Assembly (NCBI GenBank): GCA_963748015.1
Contig: CAVVHE010000005.1
Coordinates: forward strand, 96,001-160,000
Length of the DNA: 64,000 nt
Origin: Terriglobia bacterium
GTDB taxonomy: Bacteria; Acidobacteriota; Polarisedimenticolia; Polarisedimenticolales; JAIQFR01
Direction: 5' to 3'
In this document: positions 1 to 12,830 of the stretch, one piece after another
Numbering within the stretch: the first letter of the stretch is position 1
Layout: each line of letters begins with the position of its first letter
Translations under genes and position numbers: made by a program
The notes under the pieces: model-generated
Databases searched by the model: none
Told to the model about the DNA's origin: nothing
What the model saw: the letters and a program-made list of their open reading frames with translations, nothing else

Positions 1-1349
1 GTCAGCGAGGTCAGGAACTCTTTGCATTCCTCTGAGTTCATAATTTCCGCCACAACTCGCGCCTCATTCTCATTCTGAAATGGCAGGAAGTAGCAGGTGT
101 CGTCGAAAAGCACAGGCTTATCATCCACCGGTCCGATGAGCGAGAAGCGAGGCGTCCGGTGCAGACCAGACACTGCGACCTTCCACGGCGCGAAGGCGTA
201 GTCACCAATGCCGAAGAGTGCAAATGGCATCCGGCTGCTGTAGATGGAACTCTTGCGCGCTTCAAACAGGCTGCGGTGCGAATCCAAGTAGCGCCAAGTG
301 CGCGGGGCAGCCTTCGCGATGGCGCTGGTGTCTTCGCCGACTCGCCGCTGAGTCACTACGACTAACCGCTCTGGTTCGATGCGTCCATTGGCAAGGTCGG
401 AGCATTTCAGCAAGGGGAACAGGTAATCAGGCTCGATGTTGACGTGTTCCCCCAGCTTGTTTTCCAACCCACGTCCATTGGCGCGGCGTAATTCCATAAC
501 CGAGGCGCAATCGTGTTTCACGCCCGAACGCCACTGATACGGGCAGAGTCCTTCAAGGTGCTTCAGTCGCCGATAGGTGCGGATGTCGAAAACCAAATCC
601 TGCCCGGCCAGACCGAGCGTTGTTGCCGCTCGCTTTGCCGAAAAGCTGTCGAACACCTTCGCCTCGGCAGGGCCGGCTTCGCCGGTTGTCGCCAGCAGCA
701 AGCACGCATCAACCGATGCCCCGAAATGCTTCTTGGCATCAATGCGGTAGAGTGATGCGGCGGCGATTCGTCCGTCATTCTGCCACGAGAAGCGCAACAA
801 CTTCCGGGCAGTGCCCGTCTTGCAGAGCATGGCAATGGTGGCTGAACGCCCGCGCAGAGCCTTCAACAACCGGATGAGCATCCATTCAGAAATGTCGAAG
901 TTGGACTTGCCCGTCCGCGCTTCAATGCCTCGAAAGCCTTGGAAGTTTTCCTTCGCAGGCAGGTTCGAGCCATTCATGCCCGACACCGTTGCGTTGGTAA
1001 CCCACGGCAGGTTTCCCAAGACAAGAATCGAGTCGCGAATGTCCGCCAGTTCCGTTTCCCAATGATGGGCGAAGAAATCCTGCACACCGATGGATGCCCG
1101 TTTACCTGCGCCTGATTGCTTCAACGCCAGCTTGGTTTGCTCGACGTAGTCGCGGTTGATGTCCCAACCGAGAAGCCGGGCCTTCGGAAACACCTCTGCC
1201 GCCGCGTTGAGAAACGCACCAACCCCACAAGTTGGTTCAAGAACCGTATCCGCTTCGACTCCTTGCTGAACCAATAGTGAACAAACTTCCTGAGCCAGTG
1301 CCAGCGGCGTCTGAAAATCCCCGAACTCGATTTTGGCGTTCGGCTTCAT
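1..1349 (-). CDS. SAM-dependent DNA methyltransferase (gamma-like motif order), runs off the left edge
   Basis: Hand translation from ATG 1349: MKPNAKIEFGDFQTP..VLEPTCGVGAFL (motif I)..GNLPW (motif IV variant); ATGA overlap with the upstream endonuclease stop. Confidence 0.85.
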   Translation of the reverse strand, partial: MKPNAKIEFGDFQTPLALAQEVCSLLVQQGVEADTVLEPTCGVGAFLNAAAEVFPKARLLGWDINRDYVEQTKLALKQSGAGKRASIGVQDFFAHHWETELADIRDSILVLGNLPWVTNATVSGMNGSNLPAKENFQGFRGIEARTGKSNFDISEWMLIRLLKALRGRSATIAMLCKTGTARKLLRFSWQNDGRIAAASLYRIDAKKHFGASVDACLLLATTGEAGPAEAKVFDSFSAKRAATTLGLAGQDLVFDIRTYRRLKHLEGLCPYQWRSGVKHDCASVMELRRANGRGLENKLGEHVNIEPDYLFPLLKCSDLANGRIEPERLVVVTQRRVGEDTSAIAKAAPRTWRYLDSHRSLFEARKSSIYSSRMPFALFGIGDYAFAPWKVAVSGLHRTPRFSLIGPVDDKPVLFDDTCYFLPFQNENEARVVAEIMNSEECKEFLTSL

Positions 1350-1999
1350 ACGAGCTGGAGGATGCCGCCGACCTTGCCGGCTTGTTCGATGACACGGCCA
1401 TTTTGCAGCGGCCACTGGAGCGCGTTGGAGACGGTCAGATAACCGAGTTCCGGCGGGTTGCGGAGCACTTCGTCGGCGAGGGACTCGGCCTCAATCTCGT
1501 CCACGGGCAGCATCCGCTCCTGGAAGAAGGCGAGGATGTCGTCGCGGTTCGCTTTGTTTTCCACCAGACGACGCAGTCCCGAAGTTGTCTGAAAATCAGC
1601 CGTTTGCTCCTTCTCGACAAAAACCGTGTGTCGCATGTCCAGCCGGCCCGTGCGCGTCTTCTCTTCATCTTGCTTGTCATAGACAAACACGAGCAGTGAA
1701 TAGCCCAGGCCGTAGATCTTCTGGCGGGCGCTCTTGAACGGACATGACGACTGAGGTTGCCAAATGCTCGTGACCTTGATGTCCACGCCCAGTTCCGGGA
1801 AATCAATCCCCTTGGCGGAATTGCCGCGTCCGTAAGTGTAGCGGCTCTGAAGATGCGTTTGAAACTTGTGTTCCAGATATGTGCCGACAGCCTTGTCATC
1901 CGTGACACCGAACAGGCTCGGTTCGGCGTGCTTCGACTGCGCTTTCGCAAAGCTGGACGCTTCCTTTTGCAACAACTGGACTGTGAGCGGCTTCGGCAT
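1346..1999 (-). CDS. Type II restriction endonuclease-like protein (PD-(D/E)xK)
   Basis: GIDFP..VDIKVTS motif, 217 aa, translationally coupled to the methyltransferase. Confidence 0.75.
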   Translation of the reverse strand: MPKPLTVQLLQKEASSFAKAQSKHAEPSLFGVTDDKAVGTYLEHKFQTHLQSRYTYGRGNSAKGIDFPELGVDIKVTSIWQPQSSCPFKSARQKIYGLGYSLLVFVYDKQDEEKTRTGRLDMRHTVFVEKEQTADFQTTSGLRRLVENKANRDDILAFFQERMLPVDEIEAESLADEVLRNPPELGYLTVSNALQWPLQNGRVIEQAGKVGGILQLV

Positions 2000-2006
2000 G
2001 TCGTGA

Positions 2007-2309
2007 TTATCTCAAGATTCCCGGCCCGCGTAAATGCACCGTTGTGGACAGCGCGCCCGCACCAGCCCCGGCGTCGAGCAAATGCACTTTGCTCCGGGGA
2101 ATCTCGAACAGCGACGCCATGTCACCCTCTCCGCATCGGATGGGGAGAGGGATTGAGGGTGAGGTGTCGGAGGCCAGCGCCAGGAACTGCCCCAACTCGT
2201 GCTGCTTGTCCAAGTCGTCCGGCGATGCCGGAGCAAATGGCGAAAGCGTGGGCGTTTCACAGGCAAGGACGTTCGGATGGATGGCGGCTGTTGTCACAAG
2301 CTCTGCCAC
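2007..2309 (-). pseudogene. N-terminal stub of an N6-adenine DNA methyltransferase, interrupted by a REP-like hairpin
   Basis: LGQFL..MASLF..LLDAGAGAGALS (motifs X and I), then truncation. Confidence 0.65.
2123..2164. repeat. REP-like hairpin
   Basis: ccctctcc-gcatcggatgg-ggagaggg followed by a gagggtgagg tail. Confidence 0.7.
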
Positions 2310-2524
2310 GATGATAGCAACGTCGTGGGCGCTATCAATGCTTATGAACCCTGATTGCTTTCAACGCAAAGACGCGGTGGCACATAGAATTTCAACCACG
2401 GATGCCGATGCACGCCAGAACAAACCGCGATTCCTCCGCGTAACGGCAGACACGCTCCGAAGCCATACGCGAAGAATAATCCGCCTTGTGGTGGTCGGCA
2501 GATTTGCTCTACTTGAGGCCAGTT

Positions 2525-3115
2525 ATGGCCACCAAATCCGACTTCATGGCTGCTGAGGAGATCAAAGCCATTCTCCACGGCAGAGAAAAAATCCAGCAGG
2601 AGCGAATCATTCGTTAGGTCACCGAAAGTCTCGGTCTCCTTGCAGTTCCGAGCGTCATTGCCGGAACACCCGCGACGCCCGCAGCCGTTCCCGCAATTCC
2701 GTCCGCACACGCGCACCCAGCGGCCACTCCGCCACACAGGTCCAAGGACATCAAAACATTTGTCAACGAGAAGAATCCCAAGAGCGACGTGCAGTTCGCA
2801 GCAGTGGCTGCCTACTTCTATCGCTTCGAATCCTCTCCGGGCGAGCGCAAAGAAGTCATTTTGCCACAGGATTTGGATCAGGCCGGGCGTCAGGCGAGGG
2901 GCTACAGCTTCAAAAACGCTCGGGCGACGTTGAATAATGCCGTCATGCTCGGTTACTTCGATCGTGCAGGTGACGGGCAGTTCAAGTTGAACGCCGTTGG
3001 CGAGAATCTAGTGGCGATGACTCTGCCCGGCGCAAGTGGCGAGGCGAATGGTGGCAAAGCGCGACCTGCAAAGCGAAAGAGAAAAGCGCGAGTAGCAAAA
3101 TCGAAGGCCAAGTGA
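2525..3115 (+). pseudogene. Putative winged-helix protein with a Pro/Ala linker and basic tail; in-frame TAG at 2615
   Basis: ATG 2525 is in frame with ORF 2789-3115; ERIIR*VTESLG (probably TGG>TAG); C-terminal GYFDRAGDGQFKLNAVGE wing-like segment. Confidence 0.6.
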
Positions 3116-3118
3116 TTT

Positions 3119-4586
<1,468 letters not shown>

Positions 4587-4656
4587 TCAATCAAATCCCG
4601 GTTCAACCGCTGCGCTCGACACCGAGCACCATGCTGGATACCCCCACTGCCAGTCC

Positions 4657-5145
4657 GTGAACTACATCAGCCAAATCATCAACTACGTTCGCAAGGCGCA
4701 GGAAATCGCCGCGCAGCACGGCTTCAAGAACCTGCTTCAACCGGGACTCGTGAAGGAGTTGGTAGTTGCCGACATTCTCGGCCACGAAGTTCATCGCACG
4801 AAACACGAACCCGATGCGTTCGACCCAGCCAGTCCGGCTCGGAAGTTTGAATATCTCTCCTGTTTCGATGGTGGGACATTCCAGCTCGACCGGATGTTCA
4901 AGTCGCCGCACGACACACGAGCGAAATCACTCGAACGCATTACGCGCAACACGGCGATTTACTGTGCGGTCTTCGATGAAGAGAGTCCGCTGGATGTCAT
5001 CACGATTTACGAAGTTCCGGTAGATGTGATGTTGCGCGAAGCCGAGCGGCAGTTGGATGCGAGCCGCAATGACATTTCCCACGTCGGCTTCACAATCAAG
5101 TGGGCGCAACAGCACGGCAAGATCGTTCACACCAAGCAGGCTTGA
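4657..5145 (+). CDS. PvuII-like restriction endonuclease
   Basis: 162 aa from GTG; AQEIAAQHGFKNLLQ..EPDAFD..FEYLS..KWAQQHGKIVH follows the PvuII layout as I recall it; convergent with a methyltransferase. Confidence 0.65.
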   Translation: MNYISQIINYVRKAQEIAAQHGFKNLLQPGLVKELVVADILGHEVHRTKHEPDAFDPASPARKFEYLSCFDGGTFQLDRMFKSPHDTRAKSLERITRNTAIYCAVFDEESPLDVITIYEVPVDVMLREAERQLDASRNDISHVGFTIKWAQQHGKIVHTKQA

Positions 5146-5993
5146 GAAATAGCGGGCCGTCCGTTCCTGCCGTCGGTTGAAAACTCGAAAAGATTGTCAG
5201 CCGATTCTTCGCTGCTGGCAGCTTTCGTCATTCGAGCTTCGGCGATGCGGCAGTAATCAGGGTTGATTTCACAAGCCACAAAACGCCGACCAAGGCGTTC
5301 GCAAACCACTGGCACTGTCCCAGCCCCAACGAACGGATCGAAAACCAAATCGCCCGGATTGGAACTGGCCTTGATGAGCCGCTCCACCAGCTTCTCCGGC
5401 TTCTGAATCGTGTTCAGCAATTCCCGGCTGACCAGTTCCTTCGACTTGTAGGTGAGCTGCTTGATGTCGCCCCACACGTCACCGGGATTTTTGCCGTCAG
5501 GATGAAATGCCGTCTTGCCAAACTTGCCGTTGCGCACGGACGGCACGCGCTCGCATCGCAGCCGATGTTCCAACTCGACCAGTTGCGGCACGCGAATCGC
5601 GTCGAGATTGAACGTCTTCGGCTTGCCCTTGGTGAAGTAGCAAATCACGTCGTAATTGTTCGTGTAGGAAACGCGCCCCTGCGCCAGCCGGCTCGGCTGA
5701 TACCAAACGAGCCTCGATTGCAGCGTCAGCCACGGGCGGTAATCAATGAAATCAACGCAGTCGGGTTTGCCGAACAAGTAAGCCGCCCCGCCGGGCTTGA
5801 GCAGCCGGGAAAAAGATTTCAGCAATTCGAGATTGAAATGCTGGATGTCCGCCACGTTATCCCACTCATGCGTCGTGACCGCGTAAGGTCCGTCGCAAAC
5901 GATGAGATCGAAGGATTCGCCGGGCAGTTCGCTCATGAACGGCCGCGCATCGCCTTGGAAAATGTTCCCGATGGTTGAATCAACGTTGCGCAT
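5127..5993 (-). CDS. Beta-class N4/N6 DNA methyltransferase
   Basis: DLIVCDGPY (motif IV variant), QKPEKLVERLIKASSNPGDLVFDPFVGAGT (motif I). Confidence 0.9.
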   Translation of the reverse strand: MRNVDSTIGNIFQGDARPFMSELPGESFDLIVCDGPYAVTTHEWDNVADIQHFNLELLKSFSRLLKPGGAAYLFGKPDCVDFIDYRPWLTLQSRLVWYQPSRLAQGRVSYTNNYDVICYFTKGKPKTFNLDAIRVPQLVELEHRLRCERVPSVRNGKFGKTAFHPDGKNPGDVWGDIKQLTYKSKELVSRELLNTIQKPEKLVERLIKASSNPGDLVFDPFVGAGTVPVVCERLGRRFVACEINPDYCRIAEARMTKAASSEESADNLFEFSTDGRNGRPAISQACLV

Positions 5994-6059
5994 GACAGTT
6001 TTCTATCACGTTTCGTGCGACAATGAAACCACGATTCCGCCGCAACCTGCAATTCGCTC

Positions 6060-6155
6060 CGAGACAAATTCCGGCGTCAACTGGCCGCGCCAGCCGAAGA
6101 GGTTGCTCCGCGTCTGGTTGATGATATCCAGCTTCTGCCGGTCGAGGGTTTTCAT
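6060..6155 (-). pseudogene. N-terminal stub of another probable DNA methyltransferase
   Basis: MKTLDRQKLDIINQTRSNLFGWRGQLTPEFV; ATGA overlap with the upstream stop; truncated. Confidence 0.45.
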
Positions 6156-7542
6156 GATTTCGCGGGCGAACCGGCTTGCAGCCGAAGGCGAAGCTTGTGC
6201 CAAGCGCCTTTGCGCCGGTCTTTCAGGCGTTCAAGCAAAGCGGCGCGCAAGGTTTGAGACATTGCCGCAATGGTTGTGTCGTCCACGGCAGCAAACTCCG
6301 TCGGATAGAATTCGAGCGGGTAGGATTTGTAAGTGCAAATGCGCTCCAGTCGTTGCAGTGGCGGCAACCTCTCGAGCTCGGAACAGACGCCCAGCCTTTC
6401 CAAGGAGCGAGTGCTGCTTCTCTCCTGATGTTCCTCACGATTCTTTCGCCGCGTCGCTTCGCGCTGAACTGCTCGCTCGCGCGCTTCCCCACTCTCACGC
6501 TCCATCCGCTCAGTTCGTTCCCGCTGTCGGCGAGCTTCGGCTTCTCCGACCCGTCGCCATGTCTCCTCTGGTGACGGCGAACCCTCCCGGCACGCCTTCC
6601 ATTGACCTCGGGTTCGTTGGAAGTTGAACGGGATGTATGGATTCGTCGTGTGGACAATTATCCAGTCGGCCAACTCAGCCCACACAGGCAAAGGATGATG
6701 CTGCCTGAACACGGCAAACGACCAGTTCACCATTGAAACCGAGCCGCCCCATTCCGAATAGCCACACTCCTCCGCGATGGCGAACAGCGCATCCAATTCT
6801 GCCTGTGGCCAGCTCTTCGTGAAGAAGCCGGGTGACAGCACTACGACGCCAAAGCTCGATGCTCGAAGTCCTTCGTCAATCTTCCGGCGCAGACTATCTC
6901 CAAGTCTGAGCGTCCATTCATCAAACCAAACGCGCAGACCAAGCCGCGCGAGTTCTGCTGCCAGTCCGCGCACGAACGATTCCTTGTCCTCGCTGGCGTG
7001 CGAAACGAAGACGTCGTAGCGGACGGTCGGAGGGAGGATACTGGCAAACGTGGCAATCTGCTTCGTCCAGTCGTGGGCGAGGCATGAGTAGAGCGGACAT
7101 TCGGTGTAGTGCTGTGGCGTGCAGAATTGCCACGTCCATCTGGGGTCATCTGCCGGAGCACCTTCTTTCCCAAGGGCTGCGCCGCCATGTCGCTGTCAAA
7201 TTCGTCTGAATACCTCGCGAGAAAAGTCGCGAAGTAGCCGAACCTGTCGAACGAGAGTTCAGGACAGAAATGATGGAACGAGTGAGTGGATTTACCATCG
7301 CCAGCGATGCCGGTCGCTTGCTCCGCAACCGTCGGCCAGAGCGGATGCCGATTCCATCGTTCTACCAGCGCATCATCTTCTTCAGTCGGAATTGCAGTGC
7401 AGCCCGCTTGCCCGAGCAAAGACAAACTCTGGTAGTAACGCCGACATGCTTGAACAGACTGGAATGGGCAGCGCGGCGAGACCGCCTGCCTATGGCTTTC
7501 GGCGGAATACCATTTGAAGTTTGGAATCACCGCGGCGCTCAT
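6152..7542 (-). pseudogene. Chimeric gene: Cys/His-rich N-terminal domain, truncated TIR domain, unrelated C-terminal part
   Basis: YDVFVSHASEDK..VWFDEWTLRLGDSLRRKIDEGL..GVVVLSPGFFTKSWPQAEL; frameshift near 7180; TIR similarity ends near 6775. Confidence 0.75.
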
Positions 7543-7548
7543 TTTCAA

Positions 7549-9594
<2,046 letters not shown>

Positions 9595-9655
9595 TCACTT
9601 CTGGCGGCGCACTGGGACAGCGGTTACAGTCATGAACCGGGAAAAGCGGAGGAGG

Positions 9656-9748
9656 ACTTCCCTTCGCCGGCATTACCCGGATCAGGTTCAAAGGGTCTTC
9701 CGAGGCATCGGAACTCTCAGCCCCCGTCCCTGGGGCTCCCCGATGGCA
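9656..9748 (-). ncRNA. TPP riboswitch
   Basis: Minus strand ggctgagag..gaccctttgaacctgatccgggtaatgccggcgaagggaag upstream of thiC. Confidence 0.95.
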
Positions 9749-9754
9749 ATATAA

Positions 9755-10114
9755 CTAGGCCGAACCCGCGCGCGGGTCAAGGCTGCCGGAACACTGGCGA
9801 CCACGGGACGTTGACGACTCGTTCGGCGCGTCACGACCGGAGGGGAATCGCTGAAGTCCACGACGGAACCGCGCACATATTTTGCGCTGAAGGCGTCAAT
9901 CAGCGCTTGCACGTCTTCGACCCGGGTCTGTTCATCCCCCTCCCGGGGTTCATCAAACACCAAGCCGGTACTGCATGCCAGAGCATCCGCCCTGCTCCAC
10001 ATAAACGCGCAGGGTTTTGCCTGCGTTGTCGGCCCTGGCCTGCAGGGCGCGCACCTCCTGGACCGCCCGAGGAGTGAGCGTCACCACCGCCGGGTTGGAA
10101 GGGATGTCCGTCAT
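9755..10114 (-). CDS. HesB/IscA/ErpA-family Fe-S assembly protein; frameshifted, 3' end garbled and approximate
   Basis: VTLTPRAVQEV..LRVYVEQGGCSGMQY / GLVFDE..VDFSDS. Confidence 0.8.
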
Positions 10115-10166
10115 ACCACTGGGGCTCAAACTGGCACACGCGGGCGGGATGTCAAAGGCCTGCGTT

Positions 10167-12818
10167 TCAGGTGCGGGCGCGCGCCACATGCTCCCGAGCT
10201 TTGAGGATTTTGTTCTGGAGGAGCGGTTCCAAGGACGGGATCAGGGTCTGCAGCCGCTCATACAGTTTCAAGGCTTGCGGCCATTCCTGGAGCGATTCCG
10301 CCAACCGGCCCGCCTCCAGGCCGGCTTTCTTCATCCAGAACAAATCCGGCCGCTCGCCGTCCTGGAGATTCTTCTCATAAAAGACATTCAGGTGGTGGTC
10401 GAGCGCCGCCTGAAGGAGGCCGGTGCGCGCCTCCCCTTCCTGCCGCAACGCCATCTTCTCCAGCACCGTGGCCATCCCCACTTCCGCCTGGCTGCGCGCG
10501 GCCACGCCCGCCTCGACGCTGGTCAGAACCCGCTGGTAGGCGTTGCTGGCGGAATCGAAGGCCCGCGGATCAGCGACCGCCAATTGCAGGTAGCAGTTGC
10601 CGATCATTCCCTGGGCCAAAGCGGCCAGACCGTTCGAGGGATAATTGCGCTCGACACTGCTGAACACCTTGATGGCCTCCGAATAATTGGCGAAAGGATC
10701 GTTGGTCACGGAGGACGGCAACCGCATCAACGCATCCCCGTACGCAAACATGGCTTTGGATTTGATCTCCGGCTGGCAGCTCAGGTCGCTTGTCAGGTTG
10801 GTGAAGTAAGCGATCGCATCACTCAGGCTCAGACGCGCCATGGCGGCACGCCCGGCCATCATGCAAGCCTCATACGCCAGGTCGGACTGAGGCCAGTTTT
10901 TGAACAGGAGCTGGTAGTTGAGTTCCGCATTGATGTAGTCCCCCTGGCGCCAGTGATAATCTCCGATCCACCACTGGGCCCGGGGAGCCAGCGCGTTGGT
11001 CGGATACACGGCGACAAAGTTCGTGAAGCAAGGCAGCGCGTTGGTTTCCTGTCCGCTCAGGGCGATATCCAGGGCGCGAAAGTATTCCGCACGGGCCCCC
11101 ACCGACGCCGCCGGGCTGGAGGCGAGAATGGATTCATACTGCTGAATCGCGCGGGTCCAATGGCTTTCGGCCTCGTGGGTGCGGGCCATGGCCAGTTGAA
11201 CCTCCGCGGCCAGCGGCGAGGCCGGTGCTTGTTCGAGAAACCGATCGAACAGACTCCGCGCTGCAGCCGGATCGCCAAGTTCATTGAACCCCTGGCCGGT
11301 CAGCAACACGCCGACACCGGTGAGGAACCGGTCCGGATAAGCCCGAAGCAACTCCTCGAGCGCGCGGGTGGCCAAATCCGGACGCTTGAGTTCAAGCCCG
11401 GCCCGCAGCGTCTGATACAGCGCCGGCTCGACCAGATCCAGCGCTCCGCCCCCAATGCCGGGTGCCGCCTTCACCACCGCTTCATAGTTCGTGAGCGCCC
11501 CTTGGAAATCCCCCAGGCTCATCTGTGAATCCGCCCACTTGAACCGGGCGATAACCTGTTCCTCCGAACGCGGCAGGATCAGGGACGCCTGCTCGAACGC
11601 CTCACCGCTTTGGCCATGGTCGCCGCGGATCCACTCCGCCCATCCGCGCCAGAGGTAGGCCTGACCCTGCAGACGGCGATTGGTCCCCGACTGGATCACC
11701 TCATCGAGGTCCTCAATGGCCTGCTCCACCAGGTTGGTCGGCATTGCGTCTGATTTTCCGGGCGCAGCCGTGGACTGGAGGTGCTGGCGCAGTTTCAACT
11801 CCGCGATGGTCACTCGGGCCAGTTCGGCCGTTGAGGGGTCCGGACTCAGTTGAATGAACTGCTCGATGACGGCACGTCCCTCGGCGAACCGCTGGTTGGT
11901 GATCAACAACGCCGACAATCGCAGCAATGTCTGACGCTGAACGGACGGTGGAATGTTGGTGGAAAGATTCTGCCGATAAGCGGTCACGGCTTCGTCCAGC
12001 CGCCCCAGTTCGGCCAGCACTTGCGCCTGGAACAGATTGGCTTCGGCGAGCAGGCCCTTCTGCCCCGGGCCGCGGACTGCGGAAACCAGGTTGCTCGACG
12101 CCGCCAGCGCCTCCGGCAACAAGCGCAGCGCCAGAAGGGTCCGCGCCTGCAAATGCTCCTTCTCCCATTCGAGGGAAGGATCGAGGTTCTTGAGTTGTGG
12201 GGATTCGATGGTCGAGCGCGCTGCGTGGTAATCACCCAGGGTCAGAAAGGCCTCGGCCAGCAACAAGTGACCACGGGCGACCAGCAAGGCGTTGGCTGTC
12301 GTCATGGGCGTGTTCAACAGCGGACCCTGCGGGTCCTGAAGGACGGCGATAACCTTGTCCCACTGTTTCAACCGGGCGCGAGAAGCCGCCTGGCCAAGCG
12401 CAGCTTCCAAGGCCCGTTTCGAGCCGGGGAATTCGCGCAGCACCCGCTCGAAACCCTGCGCAGCGGCGGTGTAGTTATCAGCCCGAAAATGCGCCTCAGC
12501 CATCCAGAACACATATTCCTGGGCCCAAGCTCCCGCCTGGCCGAGGCTTTCCTGAAGCAACTGGATGGCCCCCGCCTGGCCTCCCAGTTCGATGAGGCAT
12601 TGAGCCTGGTAAAGAACCGCTTCCGCCACCCGGGGCGAAAGTGGAAAGCGGATCGTGAAATCTTTCCACTCCTGCTCCGCCCGCGCCCAAAACTCGCCCT
12701 GAAAGGACTTCATGGCGGTCTGGAAGGCGCGCTGCTCCTCCTGCGCCGGGTCCGCCCAGGCAGGCCGGACCACCAGCAGCAGCACCAGAAACAACCAAAT
12801 AATCCGGCGTCCGCTCAT
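10167..12818 (-). CDS. Exported TPR-repeat protein (BamD/CpoB-like repeats)
   Basis: Signal peptide ending AWA; repeated FP.S..A.EA helical units; 883 aa. Confidence 0.85.
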   Translation of the reverse strand: MSGRRIIWLFLVLLLVVRPAWADPAQEEQRAFQTAMKSFQGEFWARAEQEWKDFTIRFPLSPRVAEAVLYQAQCLIELGGQAGAIQLLQESLGQAGAWAQEYVFWMAEAHFRADNYTAAAQGFERVLREFPGSKRALEAALGQAASRARLKQWDKVIAVLQDPQGPLLNTPMTTANALLVARGHLLLAEAFLTLGDYHAARSTIESPQLKNLDPSLEWEKEHLQARTLLALRLLPEALAASSNLVSAVRGPGQKGLLAEANLFQAQVLAELGRLDEAVTAYRQNLSTNIPPSVQRQTLLRLSALLITNQRFAEGRAVIEQFIQLSPDPSTAELARVTIAELKLRQHLQSTAAPGKSDAMPTNLVEQAIEDLDEVIQSGTNRRLQGQAYLWRGWAEWIRGDHGQSGEAFEQASLILPRSEEQVIARFKWADSQMSLGDFQGALTNYEAVVKAAPGIGGGALDLVEPALYQTLRAGLELKRPDLATRALEELLRAYPDRFLTGVGVLLTGQGFNELGDPAAARSLFDRFLEQAPASPLAAEVQLAMARTHEAESHWTRAIQQYESILASSPAASVGARAEYFRALDIALSGQETNALPCFTNFVAVYPTNALAPRAQWWIGDYHWRQGDYINAELNYQLLFKNWPQSDLAYEACMMAGRAAMARLSLSDAIAYFTNLTSDLSCQPEIKSKAMFAYGDALMRLPSSVTNDPFANYSEAIKVFSSVERNYPSNGLAALAQGMIGNCYLQLAVADPRAFDSASNAYQRVLTSVEAGVAARSQAEVGMATVLEKMALRQEGEARTGLLQAALDHHLNVFYEKNLQDGERPDLFWMKKAGLEAGRLAESLQEWPQALKLYERLQTLIPSLEPLLQNKILKAREHVARART

Positions 12819-12830
12819 GTGCCTGTGACG

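Noticed and set aside
2615..2617. TAG read as pyrrolysine, given the PylB-like enzyme
   Set aside because: No pylS, pylT, pylC or pylD seen; TAG ends normal genes here; a TGG>TAG mutation is simpler
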